Positions 1 through 7,113 of a stretch of 47,464 nucleotides of DNA are shown here, in pieces. The position numbers and the translations under genes were made by a program. The notes beneath the pieces are model-generated. The model was not told the DNA's origin and searched no databases. It saw only the letters and a program-made list of their open reading frames with translations. How positions within the stretch are numbered: the stretch's first letter is position 1; each line of letters begins with the position of its first letter. Where the stretch lies: positions 1-47,464 of IMG/VR virus record IMGVR_UViG_3300044538_000006; one strand, written 5' to 3'. This DNA is from a virus. Lineage: Duplodnaviria; Caudoviricetes.

Positions 1-105
1 ATAAGGAAAATAAAAACGACCACCTCTTATAAAAAGAAGTGATCGTTATAGGTATGTAATGTCAGGAATTCCTACACTAAGTTGTTATCTTTGTGCTAGT
101 TCCTT
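1..105. repeat. Terminal direct repeat, copy 1 (circular assembly overlap)
   Basis: nt 1-105 are identical to nt 47360-47464. Confidence 0.95.
12..47 (-). terminator. Intrinsic terminator-like hairpin
   Basis: Minus strand AACGATCACTTCTT...AAGAGGTGGTCGTT (14 bp, 2 G-U) followed by TTTATTTT. Confidence 0.7.
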
Positions 106-384
106 CGCTCCTTGCCAGATGCGCTCACCTTGGATCCCCGTTCATCAGAACTTTTCGGCTGCTCTACCCGTTATCTTACATATCGGACGGCTAAGCACTT
201 TCTTCCACCTATCCAGTGGGCTTACCTTGAGTACGTTCCCGAACTTCAATCCGTGAGTTTCTGGAAAATCTGGTTGTGAATTGCTGTTTCGCTGTTTTGA
301 GAACCTTTTTGTTTCCCGCCTTGGAAAGTTTCAGCCCCCGGTGAAACTTTTACCTCCAGTCTTATCCCTCTTCTTCATCAACCA

Positions 385-403
385 TATTCATTTTTCAAGG
401 TGC
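385..403 (-). promoter_or_regulatory. rRNA-type boxA antitermination-like motif
   Basis: Minus strand GCACCTTGAAAAATGAATA just downstream of the predicted TSS; resembles boxA of rrn leaders/spacers. Confidence 0.55.
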
Positions 404-422
404 GTTATCTAATTACTTCATA

Positions 423-454
423 ATTCTACCCTACAATCCTCCAGATGTACATAG
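423..454 (-). promoter_or_regulatory. Phage early-type promoter, copy 1
   Basis: Minus strand CTATGTACA-N17-TAGAAT; the motif recurs at ~4400, ~4520 and ~30050. Confidence 0.65.
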
Positions 455-506
455 CGGGCCAATGCTAGTTCAAGTAAGTTTCGAAATCCTGATACAATTA
501 GTACAA

Positions 507-698
507 TTATGTATTCCGGGCTACTTTCTTGACTTCCTTTGATTTATTCTGCGCAGCCAGTTTGTTACGAACCGCATAATAGCGGTTAGTGACCTGACGA
601 TAAGGGATGCCGAACTTTCTAGCAATCTCCGCCATACTGATTTTTCGCTCGAGGAGGAGCGGGTCGATCTTATTCCACGGGTGTTTTCTGTTTGCCAT
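507..698 (-). CDS. Small helix-turn-helix DNA-binding protein
   Basis: 63 aa; SMAEIARKFGIPYRQVTNRY fits an HTH pattern; basic C-terminus. Confidence 0.65.
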   Translation of the reverse strand: MANRKHPWNKIDPLLLERKISMAEIARKFGIPYRQVTNRYYAVRNKLAAQNKSKEVKKVARNT

Positions 699-729
699 CT
701 TGATCTCTCTTTCACTTTGACTCCTAGGG

Positions 730-900
730 TCTAGAACGGGGGAGGGTTCTCTGAACGTTCTAGAACGGTTATGCTACGTTCTGAGAACCCTCACTCACGT
801 TCTGATTTGTTTTCAAACGTTTTTCCTATACTGCTCTACGTTCACTAACGTTCTACCTGTTGAATAAAACTCAATATTTTCCTACAGGAACGTTTCAGAA
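730..900. repeat. Cluster of GAACG/CGTTC short motifs
   Basis: About nine copies on both strands (734, 753, 756, 763, 777, 798, 839, 849, 888) in ~170 non-coding bp. Confidence 0.6.
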
Positions 901-908
901 CTTTTGAA

Positions 909-1715
909 CTATTCGGAAACGTTGTTATCCTTTTTCCACCGCGTTCTTAATCCGCTAATGAACCCTTTAGAACGGTCGTAATCGAGTTTGAACTTGCGCG
1001 CAATTTCGATCACGGTCGCTACTCGTTTTTCGGAACGATAAGTGTCACTCAAATAGTTGAGCATCTTCTCACGATACCAAGAAGCACTCTTCGATCGTTT
1101 CTCACGAGTGGGCTTTTCAGCTTTTGCAGGAGCAGCGTCAGGATTGATGCCATGCTTGATCTTATACTTGTCCAGTTTGAACTTGCGATCCTTATCTTTC
1201 TCCTTTTCGTCATGCTCTTCCTGAGCCCGTTCACTCAAGTGGTTCGCAGCCAGCAGACCAGTAGGGATGGTGATGAAGGACAGCAAGCCGAAGATTGTAT
1301 TGATGATTGAGGCTGTCCCAAAATACTTGCCAAGCTGGTAGTTGATGAGCCACATGGCCACGATGTAGAAGAAGTAGGCCAGGAAGTTCAACACAACAGG
1401 AAGGATCTCCTCATCCTGTCGGTTCTTGACGTATCGAAAAAGGCTGCGAATGAACGTGATTGCCCCTACATAGCCAAGCAGCTCAAGGACGATACCGATA
1501 ATTCCTGCCATCACTGCGGAAACTTCGTACGCATACGCGAACGTAAACATTTCCTGGAGCAGTTTGAACATGTGAAGCATTGTCATGAAAGCAGGAACGA
1601 GTGGAGCCATTACAGGAAGAACGAAGATAGCGAGCTTCGAAAAAGGAGTCTCGGCGGCTTCAATTACTTCCTGAGTCCACAAGAAAATTGTTGCGAGAAA
1701 GTTTGTACCTTTCAT
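909..1715 (-). CDS. Multi-pass membrane protein with C-terminal HTH
   Basis: About four hydrophobic segments, a charged linker, and C-terminal TVIEIARKFKLDYDRSKGFISGLR. Confidence 0.65.
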   Translation of the reverse strand: MKGTNFLATIFLWTQEVIEAAETPFSKLAIFVLPVMAPLVPAFMTMLHMFKLLQEMFTFAYAYEVSAVMAGIIGIVLELLGYVGAITFIRSLFRYVKNRQDEEILPVVLNFLAYFFYIVAMWLINYQLGKYFGTASIINTIFGLLSFITIPTGLLAANHLSERAQEEHDEKEKDKDRKFKLDKYKIKHGINPDAAPAKAEKPTREKRSKSASWYREKMLNYLSDTYRSEKRVATVIEIARKFKLDYDRSKGFISGLRTRWKKDNNVSE

Positions 1716-2020
1716 TTGACTCTCCTTGCTTTGGATTTCTCGTACGCCTTCAAATAATTGAGTGCGTTTTCGAGTTTATAGATCGTTATGCCTATGCGAA
1801 CAACTCTAAAGTTACACCATGTGCAGAGGATGCCACGAACATATTTCTTTCGCTCGGATGGAGGCATCAATTTCCATCCTCTCACGTGCTCATGATCAGT
1901 CACCCACTTCTTGTTTTGGCCACCACAGATTGGACATTTGTTACCTTGCTTTGCGAAGATAGCAAGCCACTCCTTCTTCGTAAGCCCATAATATTCTGCG
2001 TTGCCAGCGGGTTTGATCAT
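1712..2020 (-). CDS. Endonuclease VII-like (His-Me finger) Holliday junction resolvase
   Basis: QGNKCPICG...VTDHEH...VRGILCTWCN signature. Confidence 0.85.
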   Translation of the reverse strand: MIKPAGNAEYYGLTKKEWLAIFAKQGNKCPICGGQNKKWVTDHEHVRGWKLMPPSERKKYVRGILCTWCNFRVVRIGITIYKLENALNYLKAYEKSKARRVK

Positions 2021-2817
2021 CGTCCACTACTCGCTGCTTTGTGAGCGGCTTTTGCATCCTTCAGAAGAGCCTCTTTTGCAAGGGCTACTTCCTTGATCAC
2101 ATTCGCTTTCAGTGGAGGGAACCTCTTCGCTTCAGGACCCCAACACAATGTTTGGAATGGACAGAAGCCACAGTCATGCTGATGAGTGATGTGATCGGGG
2201 ATCATTGGGACTACACCTGATTTTGCCCCAACAAACGAAGATGCGAGGATCCCAGCAATCATGTCCAACTGAGCTTGGGTTACATCATACTCGAACTCAG
2301 TACAGATAAGGTGGCCATCATACGAAGCTACCTTCCTACTCATGTAGAAAATAACCACCTTATGGACTCCTGTGACGAGAGCATAGGTAAGGGCTTGATG
2401 AAGGTGCTCCTTCTTCGGCTTACCCGGTAGTTCGCCACAGGTTTTGATTTCGACTACCTTCTGCTCCCCATCAACCTCAACGATCGCATCAACCATTCCC
2501 CTCAACGCTATTCCATCATATTCAATGTTGATGCGTCGTTCTGCCTCAACGAGAATACCCGTACGCTCAAAGGCCTTTTGGATCAGTCTGTGAACCGTAG
2601 TTCCAGTCTCCATGTAAAATTGGCCAGCTGCGTTACTCGTATTCTCTCCAGTTGTCGTAGCAAATAGGGTTGCCTTACGAGGGCAATAAGCTGCATCTCC
2701 ACAGTAGAGACGGTTCCTCATTGTCCTCTTCTCCCTACTTTTCAGTCCATTCATAATGAACTTTGCTAAACCACGCGTTCCTATTCGGCTACCTTTTCTA
2801 ATCACTGATTTATCCAT
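2017..2817 (-). CDS. Cas4-like PD-(D/E)xK exonuclease with Fe-S ligands
   Basis: YCPRK, GTTVH, GMVD..VEIKT, Q...Y and C-terminal CGFCPFQTLC. Confidence 0.85.
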   Translation of the reverse strand: MDKSVIRKGSRIGTRGLAKFIMNGLKSREKRTMRNRLYCGDAAYCPRKATLFATTTGENTSNAAGQFYMETGTTVHRLIQKAFERTGILVEAERRINIEYDGIALRGMVDAIVEVDGEQKVVEIKTCGELPGKPKKEHLHQALTYALVTGVHKVVIFYMSRKVASYDGHLICTEFEYDVTQAQLDMIAGILASSFVGAKSGVVPMIPDHITHQHDCGFCPFQTLCWGPEAKRFPPLKANVIKEVALAKEALLKDAKAAHKAASSGR

Positions 2818-2868
2818 TAGATTTCCTTCATATTTAGATTGGTCCTAATTATAACCTACATCTGTGTA

Positions 2869-3420
2869 TCAGTACATAAGGCGTTTCAGCTTAGCTTTTA
2901 GCCCATGAACATGCTTTTGGCCACTATGCTCTGTAGTCAAAATATCTAATCCCCAATGAATAAAGTCTGAGCCACATAAGCCTAATATGATCCGCCAACC
3001 ACTCATAATCAGTAGAAGCCACCAATTCAATTCATACTGAATATCTACTAATCCAGGATATAAGCTCATGATCAGAGTAGGCGCCACTACTAACTCAAAA
3101 TATAAATATACAATTCGGCCTACTGTTCCTACTACAGGAAAATGAGATAATGGACCACCATGCTTAAGACTCTTACGATACACGTGCCATGTAACATCCC
3201 ATACCTTTTCAAGTATTGGCCCAACTCTACCTAACTTACTTCTAATCAATTTATCTCCAATAAATCCATTATCAACATCTAAGTCAGGACTAAATGGAAT
3301 ACCAGCTAAAGCGCCTATTCCATACTCTATACAATGTATATCTCTTGTTAAGATACCACCTACTATAAATCCGCCACTTAATAATAAAGATGCTTTCATA
3401 TGCGTATATCCACTACTCAT
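2869..3420 (-). CDS. DUF2227-like putative metal-binding membrane protein
   Basis: MSSGYTH, SPDLD, HGGPLSHFPVVGT and FIHWGLD motifs; hydrophobic segments. Confidence 0.75.
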   Translation of the reverse strand: MSSGYTHMKASLLLSGGFIVGGILTRDIHCIEYGIGALAGIPFSPDLDVDNGFIGDKLIRSKLGRVGPILEKVWDVTWHVYRKSLKHGGPLSHFPVVGTVGRIVYLYFELVVAPTLIMSLYPGLVDIQYELNWWLLLIMSGWRIILGLCGSDFIHWGLDILTTEHSGQKHVHGLKAKLKRLMY

Positions 3421-3510
3421 TTTTACCTCTCTATCTATATATATCTATATATAGCTGTAGAATATGCTGTAGATGACCTAATTATACTATGTAATATGTA
3501 TAAAAAGAAT

Positions 3511-3540
3511 AAAAAAAAGAGCCCATCTTTCGATGAGCTC
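3511..3540 (-). terminator. Intrinsic terminator
   Basis: Minus strand GAGCTCATC-GAAA-GATGGGCTC followed by T8. Confidence 0.85.
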
Positions 3541-3560
3541 AGTAGCGGATTATTGATCAG

Positions 3561-3767
3561 TTAGTCTTCAGATCTGAATTCCCAGTTGTTATCATGGAAT
3601 GTAATGCGGCCATAAAACTTCTGATTAGGCTTACCATAGTTGATGTAGACTTCAGCGTTCGGTAGCACCTTGACCCTGCCTTGGCCACATTCATTTGAGA
3701 TACGGTTCTGGATCTGTGTGCGAGTAATCTCCCATGTTTCCAAAGACGTGCCATGTAGAATTTTCAT
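3561..3767 (-). CDS. Small early hypothetical protein (paralog of 3764-3967)
   Basis: 68 aa, AAGGAG RBS, ATGA coupling to the upstream gene. Confidence 0.75.
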   Translation of the reverse strand: MKILHGTSLETWEITRTQIQNRISNECGQGRVKVLPNAEVYINYGKPNQKFYGRITFHDNNWEFRSED

Positions 3768-3967
3768 TTGTACTCCTTATATTCCCAATTGATGAATTTC
3801 GTTTCGATGTATCCAATAACACGCTCAGTAGGTTTGTTATAGTCGACGATGACGTCCGCTGCATCATCCACTGTAACCTTGAAACCCAGCTTCTTCGAGA
3901 TTTCTCGCTGAGCGATTAGCTGAGTTTCTTGCCATGTTATGCCTAGTAGCCCGGTTATTTTGTTCAT
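3764..3967 (-). CDS. Small early hypothetical protein (paralog of 3561-3767)
   Basis: 67 aa, overlapping start/stop with both neighbours. Confidence 0.75.
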   Translation of the reverse strand: MNKITGLLGITWQETQLIAQREISKKLGFKVTVDDAADVIVDYNKPTERVIGYIETKFINWEYKEYK

Positions 3968-4152
3968 GCGACTGTATCGTTTTCTTCCACAAAGTATGGA
4001 GTCTTTCCAAATGGTCCCTTCATTGCGAATTCCAGATTGAAGAGGTTATCAATTTTGCAGTACTTGCCTGAAATTTCATCGAAGATGTAAATGCCTTCAC
4101 CTTGCCAATGAAGAGGTTGACCTTTGAAGATTTTCATAACTGGTTTGTTCAT
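3964..4152 (-). CDS. Small early hypothetical protein
   Basis: 62 aa, AAAGGA RBS. Confidence 0.7.
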   Translation of the reverse strand: MNKPVMKIFKGQPLHWQGEGIYIFDEISGKYCKIDNLFNLEFAMKGPFGKTPYFVEENDTVA

Positions 4153-4168
4153 GTGATTTTCCTTTTGG

Positions 4169-4369
4169 TTAGAATTCGAAATGTGAAGCTTTGGTCGTTT
4201 TGCGGTTGTTGATGAGAATTACTCGCTTGTGGCCTTTTGTGAAGCCTTCAACTACTGTGATCCAACTGTCTGATCTGTGAAGCTTCATGTTGCGTACGAT
4301 TTTCATGATCTTTCGTTTTTCACTTTCAGTTACTGGGGTTCGTTCTGCATTCTTAAATTTGTTTTTCAT
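4169..4369 (-). CDS. Small basic early hypothetical protein
   Basis: 66 aa, AAAGGAGA RBS, first gene after promoter copy 2. Confidence 0.75.
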   Translation of the reverse strand: MKNKFKNAERTPVTESEKRKIMKIVRNMKLHRSDSWITVVEGFTKGHKRVILINNRKTTKASHFEF

Positions 4370-4389
4370 TTCAATCTCCTTTTGTTCTT

Positions 4390-4435
4390 AATTATGTATA
4401 TATTATACATAGATCCTGTAGAATGTACATAGTAG
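4390..4435 (-). promoter_or_regulatory. Phage early-type promoter, copy 2 (leftward of divergent pair)
   Basis: Minus strand CTACTATGTACA-N16-TATAATATATACATAATT. Confidence 0.8.
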
Positions 4436-4514
4436 CCAATGTAAGTTCAAGTAAGTTTCAAGAAGTTCATTACATTTGTAATGAGTTGGAAAGAATGTAA
4501 GTTCTTGTAAGTTT

Positions 4515-4560
4515 CTACTATGTACATCTGGTAGATACTGTGTATAATATATACATAATT
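4515..4560 (+). promoter_or_regulatory. Phage early-type promoter, copy 3 (rightward of divergent pair)
   Basis: CTACTATGTACA-N16-TATAATATATACATAATT followed by AAAGGAG RBS. Confidence 0.8.
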
Positions 4561-4579
4561 AGAGAAAAGGAGAAACGAA

Positions 4580-4792
4580 ATGAAAACAACTTACGCAATC
4601 ATCTTCAAAGATAAAATGTTCGGCTATGACGAATTCAAAGGTGGCGAAATCAAAAACCTGAAATTCGCAGCAGATGCAGAAAAAGCAGTTCGTAAAATTG
4701 CAGCAAATCGTTTACGCGAACTGAACTTCCAAGCGGATATGGAAAACCGCTTCGAAATCGAATCGATCAATATCGCAATTGAATTCAAATAA
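4580..4792 (+). CDS. Small early hypothetical protein
   Basis: 70 aa, strong RBS after promoter. Confidence 0.8.
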   Translation: MKTTYAIIFKDKMFGYDEFKGGEIKNLKFAADAEKAVRKIAANRLRELNFQADMENRFEIESINIAIEFK

Positions 4793-4802
4793 GGAGCTTC
4801 CC

Positions 4803-5036
4803 ATGTATCAAATCATCAATCGTTTCAACCGTCCTGGATCGTCCTCATTCATTGAGGAACCGCAAGTGAACACCTACATGTATGCAAAGGCCCTCTTGGT
4901 CCTCAAGAATGAGGGTCTCTCAGATCAGGATTTAGAAGTTGTGACCAAGGATAACGTTCATCGTCTCATGAGTGATTGGGGATATGAGATTGAATATGAT
5001 GAGCGAACCGACGAAGATGAGTGGGTGAAAGTGTGA
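4803..5036 (+). CDS. Small acidic hypothetical protein
   Basis: AAGGAG RBS before ATG 4803 (start moved downstream of the ORF-track start). Confidence 0.75.
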   Translation: MYQIINRFNRPGSSSFIEEPQVNTYMYAKALLVLKNEGLSDQDLEVVTKDNVHRLMSDWGYEIEYDERTDEDEWVKV

Positions 5037-5272
5037 AGCCCATAATCTATACGGATGGCATCCATGTTGTAGCCTACGTTCTCGACGATCTTCATGACTG
5101 GGCTGAAGCGAACGGAGTCAAGAGGTGTTGGTATGAAGGCTACAACAAAGGTCATCCCCACTATGACCTTCCAAAGCGAAGGGGAAAGGAGTTGATGAAG
5201 GGGTTGAGACGAATAGGTCCGAAGAAGCTTCTTGAAATTTCGAAATGGTCCTGGTTATTCGACAAAATGTAA
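5033..5272 (+). CDS. DUF4031-like protein
   Basis: LH..AE..G..R.W...HPHYDL pattern; GTGA coupling. Confidence 0.7.
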   Translation: MKPIIYTDGIHVVAYVLDDLHDWAEANGVKRCWYEGYNKGHPHYDLPKRRGKELMKGLRRIGPKKLLEISKWSWLFDKM

Positions 5273-5282
5273 GGAGAAAAAG

Positions 5283-5489
5283 ATGGCACGAGATTACGAA
5301 AACTCAACTGATTGGATCCTTCCTCGCTATGGTTTCGACCAAGCCGGGATTGAGGCTGACTTACAAGCCCAAAATCTGTGGTACATCCTGACGGATATTT
5401 CATCCAATACATTCAAGATCACGACCCGAAAGGAGGATGACAAGAAGGTCGAAAAGATCGTTTGGGATCCGAAGAATACACCGAAGTAA
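5283..5489 (+). CDS. Small hypothetical protein
   Basis: AAGGAG RBS before ATG 5283. Confidence 0.7.
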   Translation: MARDYENSTDWILPRYGFDQAGIEADLQAQNLWYILTDISSNTFKITTRKEDDKKVEKIVWDPKNTPK

Positions 5490-5497
5490 AAAGACTG

Positions 5498-5525
5498 GAG
5501 GTTCGAAAGAGCCTCATTTTATTTT
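5498..5525 (+). terminator. Intrinsic terminator
   Basis: GAGGTTC-GAAA-GAGCCTC followed by ATTTTATTTT. Confidence 0.75.
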
Positions 5526-5563
5526 GCCTCTCCCTAGGAGTTTAGAAGGCCTCATAGAGCCTC

Positions 5564-5625
5564 CCAGAGGAGGTTTTTGCTTGTAGATGTGAATTCATAT
5601 TACTGTGTGTAGCCCGTGTCTCTGG
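5564..5625. repeat. Dispersed ~60-bp intergenic element, copy A
   Basis: CCAGAG...GATGT...GTGTCTCTGG; related copies at 27702, 27809 and 32939. Confidence 0.5.
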
Positions 5626-5690
5626 TTGCTTCTGGTCATCAACGGACTAGGTTCCAGACTAACCTGTAGCGTACCTCTGCAGAGAAAGTG

Positions 5691-5707
5691 AAAACAGTGT
5701 ATAATTG
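5691..5707 (+). promoter_or_regulatory. Candidate late promoter motif
   Basis: GAAA(A/C)CAGTGTATAATTG occurs upstream of the packaging operon and again at 11872-11888 upstream of scaffold/capsid. Confidence 0.55.
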
Positions 5708-5758
5708 GTGACGTCGATCGGCGACTGCCGATACCTCAATTTCCTTAAGGAGAAAACT

Positions 5759-5974
5759 ATGCTTAACCCTGCAGTACAAGCTGCTCTCGTCGTGATCCTT
5801 GCCGCGCTGCTTCAGTTTGGAGCACGTCTCGCTGGCATCGAAATCGATGAAGCAACCGTGAACACGCTCGCTGGTGTTCTGATCGTCTGGCTCCTCAGTA
5901 AGCTCGGTCTCAACGGAGTCGCTCGTTTGTTCGGCGGAGCGCGTGAACGCGGTCTTCTGAAGTACGAGGAATAG
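5759..5974 (+). CDS. Small two-TM membrane protein (holin-like)
   Basis: AAGGAG RBS; two hydrophobic helices and a charged C-terminus. Confidence 0.55.
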   Translation: MLNPAVQAALVVILAALLQFGARLAGIEIDEATVNTLAGVLIVWLLSKLGLNGVARLFGGARERGLLKYEE

Positions 5975-6025
5975 CCTACACTCGTGTAGCGCATAAGCCC
6001 TCTGGAAATTTATCGGAGATTTACG

Positions 6026-6577
6026 ATGAGCAAATCTGTTCGAGGAAAATCGAAACTAAGTGATGAGCAGCGCGAAGCTCTCCTTGAGTGGATGGCAGAG
6101 GGCCTCACTACGAAAGAGATCAATGACCGCTCCCTCAAGTTCGTTCCACCGTTCGAAGTTTCGAGCCAATTGGTGTATCAGTATCGGATCGACTATGGGG
6201 AGCCCCTTCAAGAGCTCATGTCGCGCAATGAGATGGCGGCTCTAAGAACTGGATTAGCCGTAAAGGCGAATAGGCTTGAAAAACTACAAAGACTCGCCGC
6301 CTTACTTGAAGAGGATTTACTGACGAAGATGCTGACGTGGACTGAGGACAAGAAGATGGTTGGGAACGAGACCGTCACCTTCAAACAGTTCAACGCAGCC
6401 GAGATCAAAGAATTGCGTGGCTTGCTCGATGACATTGCGAAAGAGACAGGTGGCCGCGTCCTCAAAGCGGACATCACCTCAGGAGGACAACCGATCAAAG
6501 GATATGTAGGTATATCACCTGAGGACTGGGATGCACCTGAGGGGCCCGCAGCATCAAAGAAAGGCAATAAAAAGTGA
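6026..6577 (+). CDS. terS: Terminase small subunit (putative)
   Basis: N-terminal HTH-like region, RL..L...LDDIAKETGGR..DITSGG; lies upstream of TerL. Confidence 0.7.
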   Translation: MSKSVRGKSKLSDEQREALLEWMAEGLTTKEINDRSLKFVPPFEVSSQLVYQYRIDYGEPLQELMSRNEMAALRTGLAVKANRLEKLQRLAALLEEDLLTKMLTWTEDKKMVGNETVTFKQFNAAEIKELRGLLDDIAKETGGRVLKADITSGGQPIKGYVGISPEDWDAPEGPAASKKGNKK

Positions 6578-7113
6578 GACTACGAACAGTTGTAATAACG
6601 TTCATGCTGACCGTCCTTATTGTGCCTCTGGCCGTATGGGCGGTCACTCCTTTTCCGCTACAGCCTCAAATGGGCCTTTACAAGGCCTGGCTCAATTCGA
6701 TCTACTGCTTCAACTATGATACATGCGTTCATGAGGTGGGCCATCAGATGGATTATGAGAATGGCAACCCATCTCAAACTCACGAATTCAGCATGACGAT
6801 CATTTACATCTTGGCCACCGAAACAGAGTCAACTGGACTTAGTGATCACGCATCGGTCTTCTTTGCCATTCCAGGGTTCATCCTCTACAGTGAGGATCGA
6901 GTGTGGTGGTCAGATCCACTCGAGGAAGCCTATGCTACCTACTATATGTGGGCTGGTGGCGATCTCTCTAAGATGCATCCACGGTTGCGCCCCTTCTACT
7001 CTGACGATCCTAAATATAACCAATTGATTAGTTGTCTGTCGAGGAACCTGGCCATCTGTGGCACTGCTGTTCGTATCGATCAGGACGTTTCACATGGTGT
7101 CGCGAGTCGATAA
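6574..7113 (+). CDS. Exported/membrane-anchored HExxH metallopeptidase-like protein
   Basis: N-terminal signal/TM helix, HEVGHQMD and downstream EEAYA. Confidence 0.5.
   Translation: MRLRTVVITFMLTVLIVPLAVWAVTPFPLQPQMGLYKAWLNSIYCFNYDTCVHEVGHQMDYENGNPSQTHEFSMTIIYILATETESTGLSDHASVFFAIPGFILYSEDRVWWSDPLEEAYATYYMWAGGDLSKMHPRLRPFYSDDPKYNQLISCLSRNLAICGTAVRIDQDVSHGVASR

Larger units (their letters stand above)
8..416 (-). ncRNA. Candidate ~400-nt structured non-coding RNA
   Basis: Bounded by a phage-type promoter (423-451), a boxA-like motif (385-403) and a terminator hairpin (12-47); no credible minus-strand ORF; internal hairpin aaagtttca/tgaaacttt at 325-350. Confidence 0.55.

Noticed and set aside
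95-155. Hammerhead ribozyme suggested by CTGATGA on the minus strand
   Set aside because: I could not place stem II, GAAA and a stem III/UH site in the required arrangement
59-256. 65-aa + strand ORF
   Set aside because: No RBS; antisense to the promoter/boxA/terminator-bounded unit
730-900. LexA boxes or a mini CRISPR array
   Set aside because: GAAC/GTTC spacings are 0, 8, 10 or 11 nt rather than N4, and there are no ~30-bp repeats with unique spacers
2017-2817. CRISPR-Cas system
   Set aside because: Solo Cas4-like gene only; no cas1/cas2, effector genes or array seen
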